Positions 50,100 through 61,650 of a stretch of 64,000 bases of DNA are shown here, one piece after another. The DNA comes from Dicyema japonicum. Its lineage: Eukaryota > Animalia > Dicyemida. Numbering within the stretch: the stretch's first letter is position 1; every line of letters starts with the position of its first letter. The stretch lies in NCBI GenBank assembly GCA_011109175.1, contig RDEW01000043.1, positions 62,001-126,000 of the forward strand, read 5' to 3'. Under the pieces are notes generated by a model that worked only from the letters and a program-made list of their open reading frames with translations, made no database searches and had not been told where the DNA came from. The position numbers were made by a program, and so were the translations under genes.

Positions 50100-51780
50100 A
50101 GGCAATAATTAAAACGACAGAATGGCGAAGGTGTTACCTCTGATAATCGCCATTTCGAGCCTCTGCTTCAACCAGAGTCACTCCCGTGGCTCGCACCTTT
50201 TTGAGGCGAGTTTGCTTCCAATGCTGTGGAGAAAGGCCTTCGTCTTTGCGCTTACAGTTCCAGTTGTCTTCGCAGCAATGGGGGCGAAATGGTAATGGTC
50301 TCCGAAGGATTCGTACTTATAAATCTTCTTGACCTTCGCCTGGTCGATTGCGTCTTTAAGAGAGTGCGTCGCCGTCAGCAATCTGATTCCTGAGAAGGTG
50401 TCCACACACGTTGCGTCCCAGACGAGTGATTTTCCGTGGAGTATGGGAATAACGTCATTCTATACAGCCTCTTCCCGTCGCCTCTGTCTAAGCCCAATGG
50501 TTCCAATTGGGCCGGAAATCCCGCAGCCTGAGGGCTCGAAAAATGATGTCATTGAGGGTTGCGTGGCGCGGGGCTCGACCAGCACTCTGTCGGCAAGAGA
50601 GTGGATGTAATTCTTTCGTATCAACGTCCCCGCTGCAACGGCATTTGTGTCTCTGGCATATGTCCAGTCCTAGGCGCAGTGCCACCCCGATCCTCAAGCT
50701 GTTTTCGTCAAGGAGGGTCCCTAGATGTGGGCAAGTAAGCTAGACTCCCATTTCCGACTCTGGAATCGAGCCTGATCAAGTATTTCGATGCAAACAGTTG
50801 TCTACAAAAGCTGGGAGTAAACAGGAAGATTCTAAAGCATTTCGAGAGAGGGTGAACCGAAAACTAATGAAAAGGGACTTTCGCGCAGCTGAAAGAGTGG
50901 TGTCTTGTGACGAAACGCTGTTGAAATCGTGCCGTGAAGTCTTGGAGTTATTGAGAAGGAAGCACCCTGCTCCATTACCGAACCAGCGGAACTTGACAAT
51001 GCCAGAAGACCTCCCGGCATTTACTCCCACGGAATTTGAAGTAGTGCGTGGAATAAAGTCTTTTGCATTCAGTAGTTGCGGAGGCCTGGACGGACTGCGC
51101 CCAAGCCATATAAAGGACTTAACATCTGAGCTACTGCTAAAGCCGGCCGTGCCTTGTTAACGTCTATCACCTTGCTGCTCACTCAAATAGTTAATGGTGA
51201 TATTTCAAAATTCGCTAGAGACCTTTTTTTTGTGGACATCTATTGGCATTCTGAAAAGAAGATGGAGGCGTCCGCCCAATTGCGATCGGTACGTACTTTC
51301 GAAGGCTTGCTGCTAAAATCGCTGCCCGGAGAGTCTCCTATAATGTTGCTGAAGAGCTGTTCCCGACTCAACTTGGGGTGGGAGTGACTGGCGGTTGCGA
51401 GGCAGCAGTCCACGCCGCGAGGAGTCACTTCAACAACAATAATTCCCAGACCCAAAGGCTAGGCCTAAAGCTTGATATATCAAATACCTTCAACTCGTTG
51501 AGGAGAAACTGAATTTTGGAAACCTGTTGGAAGAGATGTTCACCATGTTTTGAACACCGGAATGCACTATTGTCGGCTGATGGGACTCTGAGACGATCGG
51601 CGGAGTCAATACTGAATGTCAAATTCGATGATCTGGACTGGACTATGTGCAAACAACCTGCGAGAAATGGGGGCATTGGGTTGAGATCTTCAGTACTTCC
51701 TTCTCTTTTGATCCTCAGCTTGCTTAGGCTGACTTTTTCGGACAGAGGAAATTGAACGAGTACTTTGCCCTTGAGATAGC
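50100..51780. mobile_element. CRE-like element with a 5' inversion: 3' part on minus (50100-50795), internal part on plus (50798-51780)
   Basis: Minus: [29 protein letters not shown]...[22 protein letters not shown]. Plus: KHPAP, SCGGLDGLRPSHIKDL, VRPIAIG, QLGVGVTGGCEAAVHA, KLDISNTFNSLRR and NVKFDDLDW...RNGGIGLRS. Confidence 0.85.
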
Positions 51781-52302
51781 TTCCGTTTTGTCGAAACGAT
51801 AAAAAAAGTCATCGAAGAAATGGTAAAGAAGTCATCGATGAAATTGTGACTACAATCAAATGTGGATTTAACCATCAATCTCATTAATTTTAGCGGCGAA
51901 CAATCGTAGGCATTCACTGGAATTCATAATCTTATTGATTTGACAAATTTCGAAAAGTTATTTTAGGCAATCAACACGGATAGACTGATAATTTACAAAA
52001 ATCTTTGAAGAGATTTAATGGAACGAGGTTTATGGATTTTCAGGGGGACACTTTGACCATAAGTTATCAATAGAAAGTTCGAAAATTGCTAATTTAACGA
52101 TCCCACAGTCTTTCCCCCACCTAACAATATTTATTCTTTCAAATTTTTAGCCGGATGGACTCTAACTAAAGAACAGCGATCATTATGTGTTTGAATGCAC
52201 GTGTGACTGCATGTGTGAATGGTACATTAATTACATTGTGTAACCATATTGCGAGATTGATTATAAATATGAATTAAAACCAAAAATACAACAAAAAATA
52301 AA

Positions 52303-52841
52303 ATGTGGAACTTGGTCATTTTGTTCGTTTATTCCACACAATTTTCGTTCTCAGCAAGTAAATGTTAGATAATTTCAAGAATGCTTTGAATCCCTTTGTT
52401 ACACTCTGTATTTGAATCGGAAGACCTATTTAATGCGAAAGAAGTCTGTAAACATCTTGGTGGGTGCTTAGCCGTCATTGATAACAAGGAAAGAGCGACT
52501 TTATCATAAGTGAGTGTTGTTGTGACTTTGATAATCTTTATATTGCCGGGGGAAAGCAGAGATTTTATATCGGACTGGACGATCAACAAAATGGAGAGAG
52601 GATATTCATAAACTCGTATGGAATAAATCAGGCAATGGTAAACATAACAATAGACATTTACATTTTGGTCGTACGAGGAGCCAAGAAACTACGACAACAT
52701 CGAAGACTGCGTGGTTATTGTGATGAAGGGAGATGGGAAGCAGTTCCGTGTAACTATGGGAGAAACTTTTTATGCGAACACAACAGTTTGATCCTTATAA
52801 AACGTAGAGAGAGAGGAATCTACAAAGATTCTATAAAGTAA
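52303..52841 (+). CDS. Secreted single-domain C-type lectin (paralog A), 2-3 single-base frameshifts
   Basis: Signal-like MWNLVILFVYSTQFSFSA, then KCFESLCYTL, VCKHLGGCLAVID, FYIGL, TFTFWSYEEP, DCV and GRWEAVPC...FLCE. Introns are at 52358-52379 (22 nt) and 52632-52653 (22 nt, GC-AG). Confidence 0.8.
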
Positions 52842-52989
52842 AAAATTGCAATTTAATTTAAATTAATTATCTTAATTATTAATTAAATTTAAAAATTTAA
52901 ATTGTTCAAATTATAAAATTAAATTCTTGATTTAATATTAATTTTAATAACAAATGAGAGGACCACCGGACGGTGGGGAGAAGTTGTTG

Positions 52990-53570
52990 GCTCTTTTCGT
53001 TCCATTTTGGAATGGGTGACACCGTTTTCTGGTGAGCCACATGACACCACGATAACATTTCAAATACCACGAGGAACATGGACTTTTCCGTTTCTACCCT
53101 CTACCAACAAACAATCGCGCCTGCCATTGAGTATGCCTCCGTTGCATGGAGATTCTGGCTATCGGAGTCTATGGTCCAAAGAATCAACTCGATATACCGG
53201 AAAACAATCAGTATGCTTTGCCCACGTAATGGATCAACAGTCGACCCACTACTCCATGGAAGCTAAGATCGTAGTCATGGCTCCGGATTTCTTCGCGTCT
53301 GTGAGGAAGATGGAAATCCGCTTCGCCTGATCCTTCCCATGGCAAGAGAAAACCGATTGGATAAGAAATTTCCCTCCCCGATCGGATTCTTCTGCAAGAC
53401 CGAGAGAAGGCTCTTCCGGAAAGTAGTGGGGACGATGGAAGATCACAGACGTCTAATGGCACAAGTGATTGCGAGGACTGGGATCACCTAACTGTCTGAC
53501 TCTTTTGTCTTTCTTTCTCGGTGTTTTCAGGGTTATTAATAAAAAAATAAATAAAAATAAACAAAATGAG
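52990..53570 (+). mobile_element. I/Jockey-group LINE 3' fragment with A-rich tail
   Basis: LYQQTIAPAIEYASVAW thumb motif, ending in aataaaaaaataaataaaaataaac. Confidence 0.7.
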
Positions 53571-54599
53571 CTCGGCTCTATGAGTATCACTCTCTCACCT
53601 GCAAATGTTGCAGAAAGTCTAAAATTCAGTATTGAGTGTTGTAACGGGCTGTCTAAAATCATCTCCCGTTGGGAACTTACACTGGGAGTCAAAAATCCAG
53701 CCTTTAGGTGGCCACGCTGAAATGAGGAGCTTATAATATTTCAGACAAACAACCCAACCTTCCCATATGAAATCCACTGACCCCATATGCAAACAGAGAG
53801 CATTCACTTATCTCCAAAGAACATTCAGGAAAACCCTCACCTCCGTCAAAAAACAAAACCTGGAACCAAAAGTATGGAACTTGCTCGTTTACGATTTGGA
53901 CATCTCCCTCTGACTGGAAGAGTAGTTAGGGGATTTTTTTGCTTGCCCTAGACCACCGTGGCTCGAAGTGAAAGTAATGGATCTCTTGAGCGTCCTGTCT
54001 AGGCGCGTTTTTTGATTGGATGTCAGTTTCAATCTGATAATAAAAGAACCACAATTACACCCCTGTTGGTCTCCTACAAGTTAGTGAGGCCGATGTTACT
54101 TAACTAATTAGCTAACAAAACTATAATCTGGCACGTGGTAGTCTGTTAAAGTAGCTATATTTTTGCCTTGAAATGAAAATGTAAATAATGATAATTTTAA
54201 GATACTATAAAGATAGTGGTTAATCAGAAAAGTGTCGCCACCCACCATTGGAGCTGTCGCTTCTATCTGTCAACTGTCATCATTTAGTAATAGGATTGGC
54301 TTATCGAGCGAATTTCCTTAACAATCATGAGGCGGATTTCCTCATCAATTCTGAGAGCCACGATTGACTGAAAGGAACCTTTAGTTGATTGTTAACTGTT
54401 GTGCTTATAATATTTAATAGCTAGAAGCACTTTAGACTTTCACACGAGTAGATGAATACTTAGACTTCGCTTGTGTTGTACTCACTAATATCTCTTCTAC
54501 CGGTTTCTCCCATATTGATAACCAATTAACCAACAAACTGTCACTGTAAACTCATTATTTGTCATTTTAATTAACATTTAATCAATAGTGAAAATGCTC

Positions 54600-56990
54600 A
54601 AGTCATCGTTGCGCGCTGGTACTGCACTAGCACTGCTGAAAATTTGAAAAGGAGGAAGTACCGCGGTATTGGCACTGGTTTGCTTTCCATCCGATCTTGA
54701 GATTTCTGTCGTTATTGGCCCTAATTTATCAAGTTAATCGGGCGGCTTGCAGGACTGCGGTAAGGTGAGTTTAGAATGACGTCTCTTCCAGAACATTGAG
54801 CTCACGATCATGAAAGGTAACTCCCATTTCGTGCTCAATGCCTTCAAGCCATAATAGGGACCTTGTCATTATTTGTCACGAGAAGGTTCCACTCTAAAGG
54901 CCTCCAAAGAAGCAGTTCTGAAACGCTAATCTCAGGAGGTTTTCGCTTTAGTCTCTTGTTTTTTTCTGAGAGTTCGTATGGCACTCGTAGACACAAATTC
55001 ATCTTTTGCCGGAGGTAGGATTTTTTAGTGTTCTTTGGAGAAGTTCGGTGTTGAGGTATAAACTCAGTCTGTGGTTAAATTGTCTCAAGGTCAGTTGTAA
55101 AAATCGTTACTGAAGATTTCGACGTGGATGAAGGCATCCAGTTTGTCACCATCTGATTAGACTACAAAGTCAAATGTCTCCAAATAGTCTGTGAGTTCAG
55201 CTTGCTTTGGTGCGATTCCATTGATGTTCACTTATAGGATTCTGATTTTGTTTGGTTCGGAGTTTTGCTCGATATCTCCCGACGGCAGGAGAACCAATGC
55301 CCACTCGACGGTTTCCACTAGGAACTCATTTGAGAGAACCGATAGAGTAATTAAGTGGTTCTTTTTTCTGATCGCTATGTAAGACACGAACACATCCATC
55401 TGAATCCTTGAAGTGAAAAACAACGTCATATCCTCGATACTGAGTCAAACGCTTTGTGTTTTCTTTATCCTCCCGAGCACAAGCCTCTCCAAGAGTTTTA
55501 ACATGAAACACGAATAGTTGAAAATCGACGTTAGGAAGGTAACTCCCCGTCTTCAAAATTTTTCAATAGAATAACCGGAATGTTATCTGTCCGTGAGAAT
55601 ATGTTGTTTTTGCGGAATGTAGTGTTTTCCTCACATCTCAAGAGCTGTTCTGACACTTTCTTCAGTTTTCTCCGTGGTAATAGTGTATCCGACTTGTGCT
55701 CCATGTGTGAAATTTTCGTGTAGAATTTTATCAAGTTATTCACATCCCTTTGATCATAATCTTTCTCAGATAAAATTGCATCGCCTTTTGCCACGTTTCA
55801 AATAGCATATTTGTCCCGTAGTAAGATTTCGATTTGCTGTTGTAAGCACGCGATTCCACTTCAACACATGGGTACTGAGCTCTTTGGCCTTTATTTCATT
55901 GTTCAATGCTCTTATCCGGAGTTTCATTTCCAAGGTGAAAGTGATTTCTTTCTTTAATCAAAGCCGTCTTCCCACGACCACTCGACGAATTTAATCGATA
56001 TTTGGGTATTTACTCAATCTTGCTTCCAAGAAAATGTGGGTTAGATAGCTGATGGCATTATCCAGAGAACTGAAGCTATCCAAGTAACAATTCTTGAATC
56101 TGCCTGCCGAGATTGTACGATACAATTTCCAGTTAGCACCTTTGTAATTGTAGCTGCTAGGAATTCTTCTTACGTTGGCTTCTCTCTTGATCTTCACTTA
56201 ATCGGATTTTTGGTCGCTTCTAGTTTTGTAGAAGACTGACCAATCAATTTTTGATGAAAGTGATGAGGAGCAGAGTGTTGCGTCCGGTGGAGTAGGCTGA
56301 TCCTTCTCTCTGAGTGGTGCCCTTGTATTTCTCGATGGATCATTCAAAATCGTTAGGGAGTCCGTTTGCGATAACAATAGTTTCCCTCTCATGTCGGCTA
56401 GTTGAGTTGACAGTCATTAGGGATACTTCGAATTCAGATCCCCGCTGATGATGAAGTCATCGAAAGAAGCCAGTCTTGATAGGTTTAACATAACATAGTT
56501 CATCGGGTAGGAACCAGGGGGTAGAACGTAGATATTCACAAGGCATAGTCTTCCTTTGGTTGTCCCGAGTTAGATTCAAATTTATTTCGGTAACCTCATC
56601 ATCCCAACAAGTTGTCTCACTTCTAAGGAGATGTCTCTGCATTTCAGGTTCTTTTTGAATAGAGTGAGCAGACCTCCAACTCTTCTTTACGGTCCATCCT
56701 GATAGCCTTGTATCCGGGGAATGTAGAGTAGGGTCATTAAAAGTAAGTTTGGTCACTTGAATCATAGCCACGTTGATCTTCTGACTAGCAAGGAGTGAGC
56801 GGAGTTCCCTGATTTTCCCTTTAATTCAATTTATGTTCAGTCGAAGATCAGTAAAGTGATTTTCTCATTGATGGGCTGAGAATTTACTCAGGGAATGTTT
56901 GATCGTCCGTTCCGCGAAATACATCGCCCAGGGATGAGAATGTCGAGAAGGTCCATTTTCGGTAGGCATTAGGTTCCCCTGTGCGTTTCC
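54600..56990 (-). mobile_element. Degenerate LINE ORF2 (APE-RT)
   Basis: APE N-terminus (KIRELRSLLASQKINVAMIQ.TKL, PGYKAIRMDR), LTILND...PDATLCSS, YNYKGANWKLY, and downstream RT remnants. Confidence 0.75.
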
Positions 56991-57179
56991 AAATCCTTTT
57001 GAATCAGTAAACCACATAACAACACACTAAAATTAAGCAGAGATCAAGAAATCAAATTATTATTAAAAACACCAATAGTTAATTTTTAAGTGATCTCTAA
57101 GGCCCCATTTTAATTGGCAGAATTATATAATAAAAATAATTATATTACTTAAGAATCTTGAATCACCAGGGTGTTTCTT

Positions 57180-57650
57180 CTAACATCAGCTATCGAGATA
57201 CGCTTTCGAAGCCATCCAGTCTCACGTAGATCCTTGATGACCCTTTGGATTATTGAGCCGATCCGACGGACTAGATAGTCCTCTTATGGGACAAGAATTC
57301 CTGACATCTCAAATGCAAATGGGACAATCAAGTGATCTTCCTAAATGCTTAGATACTTCCTACTCTTCTGATCCTCTGCTTGTTTAGAAACCTGACCTGA
57401 GTTTGATACTGAAGCGGCCAAATTCTTCGGAGAGTATGTATCAACACGCAGTCCCAAACCAGGTTCCGACCATTAGCAAAAGGGAATGTTGTCATCCCGC
57501 CGGGGCGTTTGCCGTTGGTCTCGTGTGAGATCAGTCGACTCCAAAATGCAGTGGTAGCCAGCAGACGAAATTGCGTTTATCAACGTCACGTTGAGACAGG
57601 CATGCCTTGGGAAACGGCCCGCGCTCAACCTACACAACAGTGGATGGTAG
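57180..57650 (-). mobile_element. CRE-like 3' fragment
   Basis: HPLLCRLSAGRFPRHACLN, GKRPGGMTTFPF..GRNLVWDC and DLRETGWLRKRISIA. Confidence 0.8.
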
Positions 57651-57771
57651 TCAGAATTAATTACTAATTGTCAAGTTTTTATACTACCGCACATTGTGAA
57701 TTAATTTGTGCGGTAATTGCAAAAACTCATGTCGCCAAGGCTGAATACAAATGGGTAGAAATTAAAGGACA

Positions 57772-58352
57772 ATGATGTTACATTTTCTGATATTCCTAAT
57801 CCATTCAGGAGAATCTTCTGAATCGAGTATACGATAATTTGACACTAAAGAGTGTTTTCAGTCCAAGTGTTTCTCATTGATTCTTGAAAAAAAGACCTAT
57901 GCCGAGGCCAAAAAGGTGTGCCAAGAATTTGGTGGGATTATTGCGGTGATCGATAATCCGGAGAAGAATAATTTTATAATCGGTACAGTTATTTTCATGA
58001 AATTAGACAATTTTTATATCCCCAGTGGAAGAAAGGGCTTTTTCATAGGATATGATTCTATTAGAGATGACAAACTCTTCGTCAACTCGTATGGAAAGAC
58101 TCAAGTGACCATCTAAATATATTTACCAGACATTCACTTTCTGGGGTAATGAAGAAATAGACAAGAACGGGGACTGCACATTTATATATGGGGGAACAGG
58201 CAAATGGGCTAAATCTAGCTGTGAAGAGAAAAAAGAATTTTTATGTGAAAATTTATGTTTATTATATTTATATTTTAGCAAGCGAGCAAAACGGAAACAA
58301 ACATTTGGCTGCTTATCAAGTAAAAGTCATTGAGATGGAATGCACTGATTAA
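57772..58352 (+). CDS. Secreted single-domain C-type lectin (paralog B), intact
   Basis: MMLHFLIFLIHSGESSES|KCFQSKCFSL...AKKVCQEFGGIIAVID...FFIGY...GKTQ|TFTFWGNEE...GDC...GKWAKSSCEEKKEFLCE. Introns are at 57827-57850 (24 nt), 58105-58129 (25) and probably 58257-58278 (22). Confidence 0.85.
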
Positions 58353-59516
58353 AAATAACGTCACTTAATTTAAAATTTAGTAAATATATGATTCGTCCTT
58401 ATTCTTAGTATTATTTTGAAGTGTATGTACAGTTATTTTATTTGATAACACGGATATTGGCCTTCTGGCTGAACGTAACATCTGATGACGTAGGATGTGA
58501 TAGTCGTGTGTTTCAAAGATGGACTTTTCAGCGAAGGTCAATTCTCGTCAAACAGGTCCCACTCGTTAGGCAACGAGTCCTTCTGGCACGAATAATGTTA
58601 ATATTATTTGGAAGTGTATTTACAGCTAATTTATTTAATAATCCCGGGTATACCGGAAAGAGATTGACTTTGCTTCTAATTTAGGTATATCCGGTTTTCA
58701 TTGTCAGAATAAGTATCTTTCTTTTCCAAGACAAGTCTATTTATCTACGCCACTTTGGGGATCCTAATAGAGAAGAGAGATTTTTGGATGACTCAGTCTA
58801 TTGAATGGTTTGAAGAATGAGAACTTTATCGGGGTAGGCATGATTTTCCTTTGTTTGTGGAAAGCCAAAGACAGTGGATCGTTTTATATTTGTCAAGGAA
58901 TTGTAGACTGAGTGTCATTAAGTGGTTCCTGATTAGGAGAATTTTTGATTCACAATGTAGGCGGTTGGAGTAGTTTTTAGACAGCGCGTAATTGTCCTTA
59001 GGCACAGTTTTAAGTCGTATTTGTTCGAGATTCTTTATTGATAAACAAGACCCATAATTCATCGTTGTTTTGATAAATCGTCTGTAGATAATCAACTATC
59101 TTTACTCTGGCCACGGTCCGGAGTAAGTTGAGGTTCTGAGATTTTTCGCATACATATGAGACATGTTTAGAAAAAATATAAAAAGGTATCAAATACCACA
59201 GCCAGTATTGAGAGTTTGATGACAGAAATGGGGGGATTATTTAGAAACAACTTTGATTCTAGATAAAATGACGAAAGTTAGTAGTAAAGAGCCTTATGGA
59301 CGACTTTTCGGAAATTTGGTCCAACCTAGAAGAAATATAGACAAGGAGTTCTTGAAAGACCACAGAGGCGGCAGTTACATCTAGCATAAGGCAATTATAA
59401 TATCATCAACATAAGAAGGGAGAAGTGTGTTCTGATTTGTCTGTAGCTAGCTAGGTGTGATTGATATTAGTAATTTAAAAAAAGATAAAATTCACAGACG
59501 ACTTTACAACAAAAAA

Positions 59517-61650
59517 TCAATAAGAAATTGTACGATTAACAAAAAAGTTACGAATTTTCACGAGGGCCTTGGAAAATGCATCAAGAACACAGCTATTTCT
59601 CCTCAGCCAATCAGGAAGGTAGTTAAAAAGATAATTACTCCCATAGCGTTGATCCAACAGAACAACCACAGCGAAGTCATCACGATGACGAATGGCCTAC
59701 CAATGCTCTGATTCACCATTCGCATACAAACAGTCCTCGAATAATCTTCTCCCATATTATTATTCAAATAACCCAACCTAGCAATCCAGTCTGGGACTTT
59801 ATGTTAGGAAAGGGTACTCCCACGACCACCACCAGTCGACACATGTCGTCTTTAAAGTTAATCCCCTCACTCAACTTTCCTCCAATAACACAAAATAGAA
59901 TTCCACTGCATGTGGAAGACACAACAGAAGAATATTCCTGCAAAACCTGGTCCACCTGGTTAGAACTTTTCGGTTCTCTGAAAAGAATTCGTTTTTTGTA
60001 AAAAAATCTGAGAATTGAGACCTCATAATCTCATGGCAACGATTTTCAAACTCATAAGATGGAAAAAAGCAGACGATCCCTCCACGTGGGACAACTCGGG
60101 ATAAGTTGATCAATGCTCTGCAAACTTCTCGTATCTTTAACGGATCTGACTGTGCCACATAATTCAGTTTCAGCTCAATTTTGAAGGGACCGACAGGTAG
60201 GGTAAGCAGTAGTGAATTTCCAGGATCACACGCATGTCCACTGTAGTGCTCAACCAGAGGCTTATCAACAAACGTGGTCACAACATCTATGACGTCATCA
60301 CAAGATCGCATTGTTCCTCCAGCGAGGACCAGAGATCGGGTTTTATTGGCCAAGTCAATTAGGCGGGAAGAAGGGTTGAAAAGTGTGTATTTAATGGAAA
60401 CCTTCGGAATCACCACAATACGGGAGTCCACATAGGTGTCATAGTACGAGATGGAATCCAAGAATCTGTCCACACTTCATAACACGTGTCATCATGACGA
60501 GACTTTATCTTTTGACTCACCATAGATCTCTCCATAAAATATACCAACTCACTGGGTTTCAAGGTCAAAAGCCCCGCAGCAAAGAAAAATTCGTTCATAG
60601 TGAAAACACACTCTTTCAAGTCATCTTTCTCCAAAAAACTGAGCATGCGGTCTACAAAAAATGTCAAATTCTTCAAAGAAAGTAAATTTGCGGCCGAAAA
60701 ACGTTCATTATAGCGATTAACATATTTGGAAAGGGCTTTTGAGTAGGAGAGGAGAATAACACGCGTTAATGTGGCGTTGTAAAGTGAACTGATAGAGTCC
60801 ATCAAATTATGTGCTTCGTCCACAAGTACCACGTGATCTGTTATCTCCAAATTGTAAGCCATGCGGGTTTTCTCGTGGAAAATGACGGAATAGGGACAAT
60901 CACCAACTCAGCGTAATCAACACAAGTTTTAGCCGCATAAAAAGGACAGGACTGATTCTCACGTCCTTTGGTGACAATATCCTCAATGTTCATAGGCCGA
61001 GACATCACTGAGTCACACAAGAAATCAAATTTTGGAGATTTGTAGTAAGGACAGCCGCTCTTTTTTATTAAATCGTGGCATTTTCTGTTGAGATTGTCTG
61101 AAGAGGAGGAATTAGTTTGATCCTCATTGATGCACAGCTGTTGCCGAGATCCCAGGGTCACTAACCTGATTTGCTGACTAAACTTGGTTTTCTGGAATTC
61201 TCTGATTAACTGAGAAAGCTGAGAATGCGTCCTGGAGCAGTAAAATACACGGAGAATTGAAGGTTTAGAATCCTCGGGAGAAGTCTCTGCTTTTGTGAAG
61301 GATTTTGATTTGATTTTTTGGATTTTTGAAAGAGAATCTTCAAATTCTTGTTTTTTTCTTTTAGAGAATAAATTGTCTCATTTTGAGATATCCAGTCAAT
61401 CTCGGGATTTTCTTGTTCGTGAGAAATTTCTTCGTTGACTTTCCTGAGTTCCTCCAGATGCCCAATCCCTCTGTTGGATTAACCAAGTCAAGCTCCCACA
61501 AATAAGACTCAACGTTTTCCCGGTTCCTGTAGGGCTTTCAAAAATTCCGACAGCTCCAGAATCCAAGCATTTTTGCATGTCTTCCATAAAGCGAGTTTGA
61601 ATACTGTAGGGTTCGAACGGAAAGTTGAAGGGAAATTCATCAAATGGCAT
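59517..61650 (-). CDS. DDX11: DDX11/Chl1 Fe-S DEAH-box DNA helicase, intronless, ~7-8 frameshifts
   Basis: [42 protein letters not shown], four Fe-S cysteines, [60 protein letters not shown] and LLDQRY. The breaks fall inside contiguous motifs at short homopolymers. Confidence 0.9.

Noticed and set aside
5402-57850. Excess of in-frame stops in 3n-length introns (7 of 9), Paramecium-like NMD visibility
   Set aside because: Ascertainment bias: stop-free 3n introns look like coding sequence and would be missed by eye. It needs RNA-seq-defined introns.
49376-58588. 65-bp repeat (ttttcagcgaaggtcaattctcgtca...) downstream of two genes, as a shared regulatory element
   Set aside because: Only two copies, at different distances from the stops and amid TE debris. 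It is most likely a TE fragment.
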